NCBI GenBank assembly: GCA_002633005.1
Contig: NMRA01000583.1
Location: forward strand, 221,988 to 264,018
Source of the DNA: Phoronis australis
Taxonomy: Eukaryota; Animalia; Phoronida
DNA: 42,031 bases
Direction: 5' to 3'
Shown here: piece after piece, positions 23,307 through 35,434 of the stretch
How the letters are laid out: each line of letters opens with the position of its first letter
How positions within the stretch are numbered: position 1 is the stretch's first letter
Made by a program: the position numbers and the translations under genes
Notes under the pieces: model-generated
Seen by the model: only the letters and a program-made list of their open reading frames with translations
What the model was told of the DNA's origin: nothing
Databases searched by the model: none

Positions 23307-24916
23307 TTAAGCTCATGTGCAATTAAACATTTTAATCGAAGTATATTTTGCACTTGATACAAATAGGGACTACCTGTTTATCAGTGCCAATTTGATGTTG
23401 AAACTGTTGTTGTTGACAAGTTATTAAGTTTAGAATGGTCAATTTCATTTACTCTTATGAAGCTATCGGTATTAGGATCAAAAGTCTTAAATGAGCGGGG
23501 ACATTTGCAACGCCTCCTCCAATTATGCAGTACGTACATGTACGCATTGAACACTAATTTGTGTCGGCAATAGGGGATCTGTCAATCTGCATTCATCAAA
23601 ACATTGCGCTCCTGTGTACTTTGTCTGTGTATATGCTCGGACTTGCGTAGTTTGTGAACCAAACTTGATTGAATCCAAACAAGTTGCTGTATATTGGCAG
23701 TGTAATTGTTAGTGTAAGTTACATAAATCAAACTCGTATTGAACACCAAATATTGAGCCACACGTCTACATTACGACCACAGAAACAAATTAATCTGCAG
23801 AAATGAAAGGAGAATATAACGTAAAAGAATAGTAAACCCTGTTTTGACGATTTCAACCAATCCTCGTTCTGGCAACTGCTAATTCATCATTGGTTTCAAT
23901 CATTAGGTTAAATGCATAATCCTTGGTGGTATTTTCCCACAGCTGTCCAGTAATTAGCTAAACGTATAAGTCACACTTGCACATTTAGCAGTATTTGAAA
24001 GGGAGTTTTCAAAATTTCCTCCAAACTTTTGAGGGTTGACGAAGGTTACAGAGCGCTATTTTGTTTCAGTGAACTGGATGGAAAAGTCGTTTTTAGTATC
24101 TGTTAATAGGACAAAACCAGGTTTGGCATCCTTTAAACGGAAGTCATTCAAAAGTATTTATCTATTCCAACATTAAACTTTTAGTGTTCGCTTGAAGCTC
24201 CGCTATTTGCATTTTCATCCAGCGGTGAACCCGTATAGAACATGCCTGCAATTCTTCGTTGGTTTGCATTCGGCGTCATTTTGTCAAAATCTTTGAGTAC
24301 ATCGTAGCATTTAATGCTAGCCCACTTCTCCAATTTTCGTCTTTAGCGCAACAGCAGTAACCTGTTGACTTGTTGCCTTGCAATTCCTCCCTTATCCTCA
24401 TTTGCTTTTAAATGCGAAACTTTGAAAAAACCTTGGTGCTAATCACGTGTTACTTTAGACATCGACACCTGGTGGTATGATAAGGTTTTCTGTGCAGAAG
24501 GTTGCATAAGGGAATATTTTTGAGTTCCGGAGAAAAGACCTTTTTACAGTGTATGAATAAATATGATGCGCATATTAGTTCCTCGTCATCTAGAGACCAC
24601 CAGAATCTGGTTCTAAATGATCAGTGTCCAATATTTGAGCCTGGTTTATTGAAATATCTCCCCAGTATTGATTCTCAAGTGTTAGTTTTCTTTTGTCACA
24701 TACTACTTTAATTCGCTTACATCTTTGTGTCGCAATGTCTGATAGCATTCCATGTAACTCGCTAGGTAAATATCACAGCGTGTCACGTCGCCATAGCAAC
24801 AACAGCGTCTCCAATGTGGAATTGTTTAAAATCAATTTATTGATCTAAAGTAACTTTAATTAATTTTATACTTCATTTTCACGCACATGTCAGTCACGCA
24901 GGAATTTCATTTCCAG

Positions 24917-24952
24917 CTACCACTGCACCCATTCGACCGGGCCCAGATAAAA
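24917..24952 (+). CDS. 36-nt micro-exon (x-TTAPIRPGPDK)
   Basis: atttcatttccag|...|gtaagt in the most decayed monomer. It differs from type B by an in-frame 6-nt gain. Confidence 0.7.
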
Positions 24953-25125
24953 GTAAGTTGAAATGCATTCAAAACATTTCTGGCGAAGTTTAGTTTCGTT
25001 GCACTGTACTACAACTTGTCCCGGCAGAGATTTTAGACTGATGTGAAAGCTGTTCAAGTTCATCAATTATAAGATGCTGACGACAGTATAGAAACTGATA
25101 AACTCTTAAGATAGTCACGAATTTC

Positions 25126-25686
25126 TTCTGTTTCTGTTTCTGTGGTGACGTCAGAGGGTAGGCACCGGGATAGTCTGGCTCTGCTCCTTCCAGTATCGCA
25201 CGCAATGTAAAATTGGAGATGCAACCAACTTCATGCTGATTACACACTCTTCGATCTTTTCCCCTGATACGAGTTTTTGCTGCATCTCCGTATTGCCATC
25301 CTCGCTCTATGAGGCGCTTTGTTGCCCTTCTTTCACTGCGATAAAAGACACTGGCAATTACTGAAAACTTTTCTCACGTTATTCTGTTTCTGTTTCTGTT
25401 TCTGTGGTGACGTCAGAGGGTAGGCACCAGGATAGTCTCTGGCTCTCCTTCTTCCAGTATCGCACGCAATGTTAGGGATTCCTGGATCCCTCTGTTCAAC
25501 TCTATTAGTGGTCTCTTCACCAGTGTTTATATACCAGGACACTGTGGCATCTCATTCAACGTCAAGGCGGATGAGCTTGCAGGCATCGCAGAACCGATTG
25601 CCAACCTGCTCCTCACATCAGCAGATGTAATCTCCAGGGTGCGTGAATCGCTTACAGGTGCCGAGATTGTACGAATTTCTCAATGA
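25126..25686. mobile_element. Rearranged RNase H-LINE fragments: two minus-strand 3' ends plus an inverted RNase H piece
   Basis: 25126-25208 and 25382-25472 are ~85-bp direct copies with a (CAGAAA)n tail on the minus strand. The minus strand reads RLIERGWQYGDAAK..NQ..G.IS..LR. The plus strand at 25483-25686 reads VYIPGHCGISFNVKADELAG..SADV. Both translations align by eye to the LINE at 20842-21881. Confidence 0.75.
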
Positions 25687-26366
25687 GCGGGAATCTTTTC
25701 CACACCATTTAAACTTTGGCTATTTAATGTGAGACTTTCATAAAGCGCTTATTATGGAGGTTGATCAACGACTTTTCACCACCTGGATATACCAGGAGAT
25801 ATTTTTTCACAGCAGGTGGCTCACGGGCATTGTTTGACTTCTGTTAATAGTAAATTTCCTCATGTACATGACACACACGCAGCTTCATATGCAATTAGAA
25901 CATTATGACAACGACGAGTGTTCTACTTGATACGAAAAAGACCCGTTCCTTCAACACTGTCAGTTTAGTATAAAAACTAAGGATCGTTCTAAAGTTCCCA
26001 CTACAACTTCGACCCACGGTCCACAACTCCTTTGATCGAGTCTACTTTTTAGAGTAGATAGCATCCATGATATCCATTACGATTTCATTATGAAATCAAC
26101 ACTTTTCTCGTTGCAATCACAGTCTTTCAAATGTTGCCATCGTTCACGCCAGAATTTCCCCTCAACTGAGATATCATCCATTGATACTTCGATCTACTCC
26201 AGCAATTCCTATGCACGAGAATTTTCCCCGCGACACGTTGAAACGCCGGCGCTGCATCGATGTCTGCCATGTCCTTTCAGTCATTCCTTTCGGTCATTCC
26301 TTTCGGGGTCTTTAGAGTCTGTCGCTATTTCGGCCTACTGGCCGCTTGTATTGGTTTCACTGACTA

Positions 26367-26459
26367 ACAGGGCTTGGGTAGATGGCCTTCTTTCTCACAT
26401 TTAACGTCTATAAACCGGCAACCTTGAGCTTCATGGCAGCTGGCATCACATTGAGTGCA
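26367..26459 (-). pseudogene. Possible decayed Ty3/Gypsy gag zinc-knuckle fragment
   Basis: The minus strand reads CTQCDASCHEAQGCRFIDVKC-EKEGHLPKPC, resembling a double knuckle with part deleted. Confidence 0.35.
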
Positions 26460-27140
26460 GACTAGCCCGTGTCTGGCTCACAGAGAAGTTGTTTTAAGAT
26501 TTTTTCCATGAGTAGCTCTTAAGAATACATGGATCAAGTTTAATGAACTTTTGTTTTTAATTATATTTTGATGTGATGTGCCTAAAGTGCATTGCACATG
26601 TACTATCATAAACTTATGGTCATATCACGAGACAAAGCAGCTACATGTTTTGGCTGAGATCATATCAGGGATCCTCGGTGTTATCAAAGGGGTCTGTAGC
26701 CCACTGGTCTGTTGAAATCATATGTCAAACACTGAAATACAGCCATGACCATATTGCCAACTTAGAGTAGAAGCCAGTTTGAGTCCTGCACGGTATATAA
26801 ATCTTTTTGGACTCACCCAACCATGCAACTCAGAACCGGGCCAGCAGACACCCCGCCAAAATGCTCCGTACATGGTAACCAAACTCCATTCGTATGCACC
26901 AGATTCCATGACCGTGCAAAGAAACCGGTACTGGAACAGCCACAACTATTGAATCTGGTCAGGTGACTGGAGATTGGTTACCCGTTATGGGGACATTTAT
27001 CACGGATTTTGTGGGTGGCGGTTCGGGACAAGGTTTTGGGAATTTGTAGCGGAATCGTTTCCGCGCCTTAATGAGGGCGTTGTTAAGGGCACACTTTCAC
27101 TGAACTGTGTACACTAAAACAGTAACTTATTCCATTGCAG

Positions 27141-27158
27141 TTCCAACGCCACGTGGGA
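27141..27158 (+). CDS. 18-nt phase 1-1 micro-exon candidate (x-PTPRG)
   Basis: cttattccattgcag|TTCCAACGCCACGTGGGA|gtaagt. Confidence 0.5.
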
Positions 27159-27189
27159 GTAAGTAACAAATGAGTAACTGGTGATGGTT

Positions 27190-27342
27190 GTGCTGCAGCA
27201 GGTGGTGTATCTTCTGCTGCAGCCTCTAGTTGGCTGTAGTTAATGGTGGTAGTGTTGTTGCTGTTGATGTTGCTGCTGTACTGCTGCTGCTGCTTCTGCT
27301 GATGCTGCTGCTAGTGCTGCTGCTTCTGCTGCTGCTGCTGGC
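27190..27342. repeat. Degenerate (CTG/TTG)n trinucleotide low-complexity tract
   Basis: Imperfect gctgct runs with no sustained ORF. Confidence 0.8.
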
Positions 27343-27438
27343 TAAGATGAACATAGTGATAGTGATAGCGATCGATGACAACGTACATAACAAAGGCGGA
27401 TGACTTCGTCACAAATTGTATATATTTAGTGAACAGTA

Positions 27439-28247
27439 TACACCGGGGACCTAAAGTCGTGAATATAAGCATAATAAGTGCCGATTGTCATACTACCCAA
27501 TGTCCGTTAGCAACTGCTCATGTGATGTCATGGACTAATATCAGCCTTCACAAATATACGTGTTTTGACAATCTTAATCCTTGTTTGTATCCGTAAGCAG
27601 ATTTTTAAAACTGTCGCTGATATCGGCGGCCATTTTGAATGAGGCCCTAAAATCGTGACCGTTTCGGTTAGACGGAAATACACGAAGTAAGACCTCCCAA
27701 GTCAACTACAGTGCGTACAGTTACTCTAGATGACATAAAAATGTATTGCATTGTTTATTAATTCAGTTTCAATTGAAATAAATTGTCATAAGTTTTGCAC
27801 CCAACTTTGATGTGCACAGACGTTTTCAATGAGGTTGTTCACGTAAAACGCTAAGAACCCAGCATCAATTATCGCTCTGTATTTTATTGTTTTGGCCTTA
27901 CAAAACTTGATCAACCCTGGGACATTTTGATACATTATTCAAGCTACCCCTGGAGCGCGTGTTTGAGTAAATCTGAACGATAAATAGTTTCGAAAATATA
28001 TCCCAAAAATGCCCAAAAAAGTGAATTAGTGAAATATGCTGTTTTTAAGATACATTTGAAAAAAGAAGCCACTCACTCACTGTTTGTTATCATATTGTGA
28101 ATACGAACACGTCCGGGTATTCGTTTGACGTTCGTAAGCAGACGAACGCTGGAAACTTCAACGCCAGATGTCGCAGGACCGCGCAGAAGAGGAAATAAGA
28201 TCGTTCACGACTTTAGGGCACTCACGACTTTAGGGCCTCTGACGGTA
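27439..28247. mobile_element. MITE-like element (Tc1/mariner-pogo type end)
   Basis: CCTAAAGTCGTGAA (27450-27463) is inverted at 28204-28217 and repeated at 28222-28235. The right end is ACGG-TA and the left terminus is degenerate. Confidence 0.55.
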
Positions 28248-30257
28248 TATCTTGATATACATTGGATAGATTTGGTTCTGGTTTGACTCCTAACTTCAAG
28301 TCTACGGAATTAGACAAGTAAGCATATGCATTTGTTCGATAGGAACCTTCTGATAATTTGGTTTACATTTTATGATTAGTTTTATCTCCCAGTGAAGTCT
28401 CGGTCTATAGTCAAAACGGTCATTGGTCCAAAGGGCCAATAGTCTCAAACACTATTTGGACTGTGACCCTTCGGAATGAAAAGCGTAAAGCTTATCTTTC
28501 TGTTATTTTGATTGTTAGTTTATCACTTAATATGTTCGTTTTTCCGAAGGATCGGTAGTCTAAAGGGCTTTTGGTCCGAAGAGCCTGTAGTCCAATTGTT
28601 GAGAATACCTCTAGGCCTATTTTCCAACAATCTCCTCTCCGAAGGGTAGAATGTCCGCACTTGTAAAAAGGGATTAACGTCAGTAAATATATTACAGATT
28701 TCTTGAATTTTAAGAAACCCAAACTAACGCTTGCGTGACCTCAGGACATGCATGATTTCAAGTTTTAGGGCTACAATCTGCTCATTAAACTAGACACCAT
28801 CGGGCTCCTTTGAAGGGCTTATGCATCGCGTCAATCGGTTGAATTATTTTTGAAATATAAGAAAGTTGTCCGGTATCCATTCGGTTTGTAAATTAATCAT
28901 GTCATCCTGAAAATACTCCCTTCCTGACAGGCGTCCAAATTTGTTCATTGCCGTATCGCATTCGTTACGAAAAAAAGCGCAACAGATCATAAAACATGGA
29001 AGGGAATCAAATAATGGCATTTGAAATTTTTCAAGATACTTTTTGAATTTAGGCGACCGACGATAACAAGTGTAATATATTTTACCTAATGACCTAACCA
29101 TCTCATCGCGTGCCAAGCGTTGGACAAGGAGAGTAAAACAAACTTCATTGTAAGGGCGGCCAGTTAGAACAAATTTTATTTTCAGGATGTATGCATAAAT
29201 GGATAGATAAAAACATATAAACCGTAACGAGATACGGATTTCTAAATGCAAATTAGTGAATTGTTACACGTAAATATGAATGTGTGATTATGTGTGACCA
29301 CTTGTAGATTACTAGATTTTCCCATGGGCATGACCTTTAAATTGCAGTACACGGGATTAAAAAAAAAAATTATCAGCCGCGAAATCCGTGCTATCGTCCA
29401 GGTAGTTTGACAATAGACGAACACGGCTGAGTGTGTTTGGAATTTCTCCAATACAAAAAATAAATGTGACCAAACAACATGTTCTAGTCTACCTGAAAGC
29501 CCTTTGTGTCCTTAGCTGTTAAGAAGATTTTTTCGGCCGTTAGCGATAACATAAGAAGAGGGGGGGCTTCAGCTTAGTTTTTCCTAGATGTACTTCACTT
29601 TATTTAAAGCTATAAGCACGGATTCTCATTGAACCACACATTTACAGCATCGTGTTTCGGTAACGGCATTGGATATTCGTGAGTCAGTGCCTTTGTGGAA
29701 GGCATTCTTGCTGGCTGCCGTGTTCTCTGCATTTTGTCTTTTGCATTAACTTTTCTAGTGTTCAACTTGCCTAGGACCATGCAAATGTCGTCGATGCTGC
29801 AATGTTAAATCATAAATTATAATCCAGTGTTTTCGTTCTGTAAGCCTGAAATACATGCACGTCTTGGGTGTTTTGAGTGTATACGGTTAAGTAGTGGTAA
29901 ATGTATGAGTAGACAGGATTGGTAGAATGCGTATCCCACTAAAATGACTTTCATAATGTCAGTCAAATTTCTCATGAAGTTAAACCTTCATTTGACGTCA
30001 ACGAAGAGTGTGTATCCTTACATTTTTACTGTACGAGAGATGATCTGAGTTTTGAATTAGCTAGAAAACGGAGCTACTATACGGTAGAGATTAATCTTCT
30101 TTTCAACGCTTGTAACATCTGATTTTTACAAAAATTTGCTCAATTTTACTACAATATTTTGGGCTAATTTCAATATTTTGTAGTTATATTGTTGGCGTCT
30201 GTTCACTCCACATTCGTGTGTTTACGTGTAAGATCAACCGTCATATTTTGTTTACAG

Positions 30258-30311
30258 GCCTTGGGGGAATAGTGAAGCCACCATCGACATTACCAATACC
30301 AATACAAAAAG
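30258..30311 (+). CDS. 54-nt phase 1-1 exon (x-LGGIVKPPSTLPIPIQK)
   Basis: tattttgtttacag|...AAG|gtacagcaacaac. Paralogous in length and flanks to 10468-10521. Confidence 0.62.
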
Positions 30312-30841
30312 GTACAGCAACAACATCAAGCTTGTATCCTTAATGTTTACTGATATGTGCCACATGGTTATGTAAAACTACAAATCGTATCCATACATGT
30401 ATACTTGTATGCGATCGTGTATGTGTATTTGCCAGAGTATACACCGGTCCTATTATCCATTAGACATTGCAACTTAGTAAACTTCCAGCATGCGTTTTTC
30501 AACCAGTCTATATTGTGATTTGTGCAACAGCGGAGTTTTTGCGCCTTCCACCGTACTTAAACAATAAACTAGATCCTTGTCGGGTTGTCTACGTTACTTT
30601 TGGAAACTGGTTCAGTGGTTACCGAGTGTACATGGCTGTTTTATGTTTATTTCATCAATGACTGCTATGTTTAAGGTGATGCACTGACAGAACTCGTGAG
30701 CCCGTACCCATAGCAATAATAACGTTACCGTGTTAAAATTTAATTTCCATAATGAATTTATTTAAAATGTTGTTTGATATAATATTTAGTTCACACACAC
30801 TTGTACATGCTAGACACTCATGGCTTTCATTTCAACTACAG

Positions 30842-30859
30842 GCCCTCCGAAAGTACCAA
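30842..30859 (+). CDS. 18-nt phase 1-1 micro-exon (x-PPKVP)
   Basis: ctttcatttcaactacag|GCCCTCCGAAAGTACCAA|gtaagt. The flanks resemble those of array micro-exons. Confidence 0.58.
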
Positions 30860-30970
30860 GTAAGTTCACATGAAGTGTAAACACTTCTAGTGGCTGAAGT
30901 TTGGTTGCTTTCATCGTTTTGTTGTCAACAGCTTTGAAATTCATTATTTGCTGTTTTTGCTAAAGTATAG

Positions 30971-30982
30971 GTATGATCTCAG
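30971..30982 (+). CDS. 12-nt micro-exon candidate (x-MIS)
   Basis: tatag|GTATGATCTCAG|gtaagt. Consensus donor, weak acceptor. Confidence 0.3.
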
Positions 30983-31084
30983 GTAAGTAATGTATAAAGT
31001 ATACTGACCTAGTTAATTTCTAAAATGAGTGAATGCGTGGTCTTCATCTACCGTCAGATGTATAAAACAATCTGAGATCTACAG

Positions 31085-31198
31085 TACCCTCCACTGTCAG
31101 CAGTGGACTCCTACTGGGACCATCTGATTCTCCGTTGGCCGATAGCGAATCAGTCGCACAGAACAGTAGCATGCCTTTATCAGAACGTTGTCAACCGC
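31085..31198 (+). CDS. 114-nt phase 1-1 Ser/Pro-rich exon candidate (x-PSTVSSGLLLGPSDSPLADSESVAQNSSMPLSERCQP)
   Basis: ctacag|...C|gtatgt. Open in phase 1 and S/P-rich, but the polypyrimidine tract is weak. Confidence 0.45.
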
Positions 31199-31559
31199 GT
31201 ATGTAATCTTAATCTTCGTCCCCGTTGTCGTCAGCTCCCCTGGCGCAGTTGCTTCATCCAAACATTGCGAACACTCGTCCAAAAGTTCTAACTCACACCG
31301 TCTGTTAAGTATTTTCGTGTAAACCAGCACCGGTTATGCGTAAAATCGTTTCGCCACACAGCATTTCTCGATTGTTAACTAGTGTAGACTAACAGCACTA
31401 AATATCAATACATTAATTATATTGTATTGCATTACTATGAAATTGAGACTAACAGCCGACATCTGACGGGTGAGCTCGGTTGGTAGGAACAAGGTTATGT
31501 AGGATGCATTTTTCCAAGCAACGTACTTACTTGTAAACATGGTGGTATCTGCTACACAG

Positions 31560-32970
31560 CTTTGTAATCAAAATCACGATCTTCTTGCTGTCTGAGCACA
31601 ACACTATATCTGGTCTTAACTGGGTTACTGCAACATGGCTCGGACATGACCCCTAGTGACCATATCTGTCACAATCTTCCAGTCGGCAGCCATGCCAAGA
31701 ACACCTGAATCGCACTTCTTAGTGGATATTCCGCCTTTGTAGAATCTAATGAGTGCCTTACCAGAGTTGGTCTCCTTCCTTCTCTCCAGATCTAAAACAT
31801 GGACAATACACTTCAGAATCTTGTCATGGCGCCAAGTGTACTTTCCTGAAGTGAGAGCTTCTCTGCAGCTGGACAGAACGTGTTCTTAGGTAGACCGCTT
31901 TTCACAGCCCCTGCAGCTGTCGTCCTCAGTTTTGCCCCACGTTCGAAGATTGACAGGAGTTGGGAGAGTGTCATATGTAGAGCCAAGTAGAAAACTAAAT
32001 TTGAACTGGTCTGGATACAGAATATCTTTAACAGTTATCCTTCTGCTGCACACTCCTTCCCATGAAGTCCATGCACCCTGTTTCATCAGTCCGACTGCTT
32101 CAGCATACCCTTCTCTCATTCTACTGGGATCTAACTCCGTCTGTAACCATTTTGAGCCTCTCTTTGCCTGTTGACGACTTCCACCTCTTTCCCGGAACAA
32201 TTCCCAATCCATGTCTTCCATGGCAGACGGTGCCCACGATCTCTGTATGCCGTAACCGCTCTCCGCCTCCTCCACTGCTACAGCCGCCTTCCACTATCTT
32301 CCAGAGTCTACCGATAATTCACTCTCTCTGGTCAGTAATGTTCTGCACTTTACCACCTTGAACTCATCCACAATCGATGTCACTGGCAGAGAAACTGCAC
32401 CTCCTTTGATGTATAAACCGAGTTTTGCAACGCTTGGTGGGACACCCAACCACTTTCTTAACCATCTGCTCACCATCCTTTCTGTTTTCTCTGCAGTTGA
32501 AATTGAGAAATCGTACATTGTCAGTGGCCACATAACTTTACCGAAAAATCCAAACTGGTAACACCATACTTGAAGTCTTCCCGGGAGACCGCTCTTCTCA
32601 ATCTTGATCAAATTGTCATTCAGCTCTTTGGTGGCTGCCTTGACACGCCCCACATCTTTCAAAGACCCGATGTAGGACTTTCCTACGTATTTAAGTGTTT
32701 TACTGCTCACGGATGGAATGGCCTCTGATCGTGGGTTCACTTTCCCTTCCCAATCAAAAGGCTACGAGACTTCTCCACATTGAAACTCATGCGTGTCCAA
32801 TTAGCTAGCTCGCCCAATGTCTTGACGAACCAAGCGGCACCTACAGCAAACCCTGTTGTAGGCTAATCGACAAATCATCCACAAATGCTCTGCAAGGTGG
32901 CATCCTTTTGCCCTCCAACAAAGATACTCTGCTCTCTTTACTAGCCCGCTTGGTGATAACATTCATAGTT
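31560..32970 (-). mobile_element. Decayed RLE-type non-LTR retrotransposon (HERO-like, R2 group)
   Basis: Minus-strand motifs: RAFVDDL (RT motif C), KYVGK, LPGRLQVWCYQFG..WPL, LRKWLGVP, QGAWTSWE, YDTLPTPVNLRTWG..C..C..HVLSSC..YTWRHD (zinc knuckle) and RPDIVL (start of the PD-(D/E)xK nuclease). Multiple frameshifts; truncated at both ends. Confidence 0.88.
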
Positions 32971-33271
32971 GAGTCTCTATTTACATGTAGCAATCGTGCA
33001 CCAGGTCACGCTCATATTGAAGTAAAAAGTAATTTACAATCTACGGTAACACTTTTGAAACAATATGGATGATACTCGGTAAAAAGTACATGTATATGTA
33101 CAGGTAGTATGATGTCAAGTTTTTCGAGACAATTGCAAGAGACAAAAAATTGAATGTTGATCAGCATTTGTTTCAGTCTGTAAACCTAAATTTTGCTCAG
33201 TTGCAGTTTACATCTGATTGTCTAAATCAAGGTTTATTTTGTTTAACATGAAACTGATTTATTAATTTTAG

Positions 33272-33341
33272 AACAGTGCGTGGTACCAGAAAATGCTCCA
33301 CGAAACGTCGAATTATCCTGCACGGAAACACAAGATTCCAT
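33272..33341 (+). CDS. Sushi/CCP-like domain 1, first half (x-QCVVPENAPRNVELSCTETQDS-I)
   Basis: attaattttag|70 nt|gtaagt, phase 1 to 2. Joins in frame to 35307. Confidence 0.85.
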
Positions 33342-33496
33342 GTAAGTTATAAAATGTTGTGTGGCTCCGCAAGTTGGATTTTCACCGCGGGTCCTTTTAT
33401 GCGCTGAGCATGGTCAATAATGGATTGCCAATTGGGGGATTTCAGCTTTCTATGGAAAAACTTGCCCACTGCAGGGGCTGATTGTTGTGTTCAAAT

Positions 33497-34433
33497 GCCT
33501 TGGTACAAAGCTGTGCACTAAATATGAAGCTTTGTTCTGATCCGGGTAAAAGTTTGGTCAAATAAAACGTGGCACAAAATTAGATTAGTGTCATTAAAAG
33601 CTACATTCTTCCTTGAGTAAATTTTGATTGTTTGCCGGTGTTGGAAACACTGGTGTTCTGCCGTTTTTCTGTTGCTAGAGTTGTGGTGCGACTTTATGCA
33701 TATTCAACTTTCGGTGTAATGAAATATAGTGTCACCTATTGGCCAGTTTCTTTTTTTCGCCGATTTTTTAATGAACTGTTATTCTTTCACGAGGTTGCGT
33801 ACATACAGTATCACAACAAACTGTGGGAACTGGTTTCATTTCGTTATAAGTTTTTAGTACTTTAATGCCAGCCAATATATTTTTAGAACAATTTTTGCTG
33901 CTGCAGAAGCTGCTACCATATCCCGAGAGATGTCCCAAAAATTGGGAAATGACGCGTGCGCGTGTCACGAGTGTTCTGTTTTCAAAATTACGGAGAATTA
34001 TGCAATAAAACGACTTTTTTAGATTTGTTTTCACTTTAACGGCTGTAACGGGTAATAAAGGTGAATGACTGTTGACTCCCAGATTTTGCATGGAGTGCAC
34101 CCCCGCCGGAAGGAAGTTCCGATAATTTTGTTGTGACATGTACTCAAGCTTGTGCCGGCAACGAAGACCAGTAGAGAAAATACTCGGGGGAAAAGAAATT
34201 GGTCAAGGTCAGGTGGCGTAATCGCTAAAGGTCGACCCAAAAGAACGCATTACAATTTTAGCAAAAGCCGATATAACGACTGAACACAGTTTTTTCCAAC
34301 ACCGGTAAATATGTTACTTTACTCAAAGAAGAGAATAGTTTTATGACACCAATTTTGAATCAGGTTTTATTTGTTCATTTTTACACAGATCGGCGCAAAC
34401 CTTTATATTTAACATACAGCTTTGGGCTAAGGC
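33497..34433. mobile_element. ~940-bp non-autonomous element with long (~165 bp) diverged TIRs
   Basis: gccttggtacaaagctgt...ccggtgttggaaacactggtgttc aligns with the reverse complement of gaacacagttttttccaacaccgg...acagctttgggctaaggc. Confidence 0.7.
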
Positions 34434-35306
34434 TAGGGCAACCGATGGTATGCCATGTCCATACCCTTAGAAGGCACCTTTTGCAGGATCCCTACAAAAA
34501 GCCATGGCGAACCTCTTACAGCACTGTGGCAAACAGTAAAAAATACGAACGGCTGATACAATGATAAAATACGATGTAAGCTCTTCACAATATGACAGCG
34601 GTACGTGATAACCAGTCGCGGCCCCACCAGCCACGTCACTGACATACCAGCCAATCAGCGATTGCTGTCAGGATTTCTGTCTTTTGACAGTAGATATCAA
34701 TCAGGTTTTGTTTGGCGCGCAACTCGGGCAATTGTGTGACTGATTTGCATGTTAGAACCGGTTAACTGCTGCATTATTTTTCTACAGTCCTCTTTTTAAG
34801 TCACTAGATCGGGGTTCCTTTGATATTGTTTACTTCGATCACTGCTCGTTTTAATAATTTGCAACTTCTCAAGTCAAAGGTGGTCAACATACTACGTAAC
34901 AGTAAACTGGGAGGGGTTTCACAGATTTCAACCAACGGGAAGGACTGAATGTTATGACGTCGGCTTCATTACTTTAACCTATGAGAAGCCATTGTCAAAC
35001 AACATTCTACCATTTCTACTATTTTGTAGCACTGCGAAAGAGTGTAGTTTTAGTGTGATCAAGTGACAAGTGATGTTTCCTGTCAGAATGTTGAAGAATG
35101 ACCAAGTGTTCTGTGATGCTACCGGATTTACCAGTGGATATCTGTCCATAAAGCATTTGAAAAACGGCGGCAGCGTCATCCTTCGAATAAATTACAAGAC
35201 GTGAAACCATTTCTCGCCTAAGTTAGGACCATGTTGAAAACAGTTTAAAATCTGCAAAAATTTTTATCGAGATAAATATGTTAAAAATCTCAACATATTT
35301 TTTCAG

Positions 35307-35434
35307 ACGATGCGCTGCATCATGCACCTTGGATGACCCTACTTTCTTGTTTCCCAACTTGCAAAAGATGTTGGTGACGGAATGCAGATTTGATGAAGGA
35401 ACATGGAGTAGTAAGCCGGATTCCGAGTGTACTG
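35307..35434 (+). CDS. Sushi/CCP-like domain 1, second half (RCAASCTLDDPTFLFPNLQKMLVTECRFDEGTWSSKPDSECT)
   Basis: tattttttcag|128 nt|gtaatg, phase 2 to 1. Shows the C-x3-C ... C-x4-G-x-W-S ... C pattern. Confidence 0.85.

Larger units (their letters stand above)
11898..24985 (+). repeat. ~13-kb tandem array of a ~1.75-kb monomer (about 6-7 copies), with a ~570-bp internal sub-duplication and a 2328-bp higher-order duplication
   Basis: The anchor caaact(g/a)c.gttttc or a close variant recurs near 12016, 12588, 14344, 14916, 16672, 18424, 20453 and 23226. ORF-track twins are exactly 2328 bp apart (12377/14705 and 12869/15197). Copies diverge progressively rightwards, with remnants to about 24985. 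Confidence 0.95.

Noticed and set aside
27190-27342. Minus-strand polyQ/polyA coding exon
   Set aside because: Stops or frame inconsistency and no splice context; treated as low-complexity sequence.
28811-29505. Kolobok-like element with AAGGGCTT/AAGCCCTT ends
   Set aside because: Only ~8 bp of inverted match and no TTAA duplication.
34979-35210. Transposase fragment on the minus strand
   Set aside because: No convincing catalytic or family motif.
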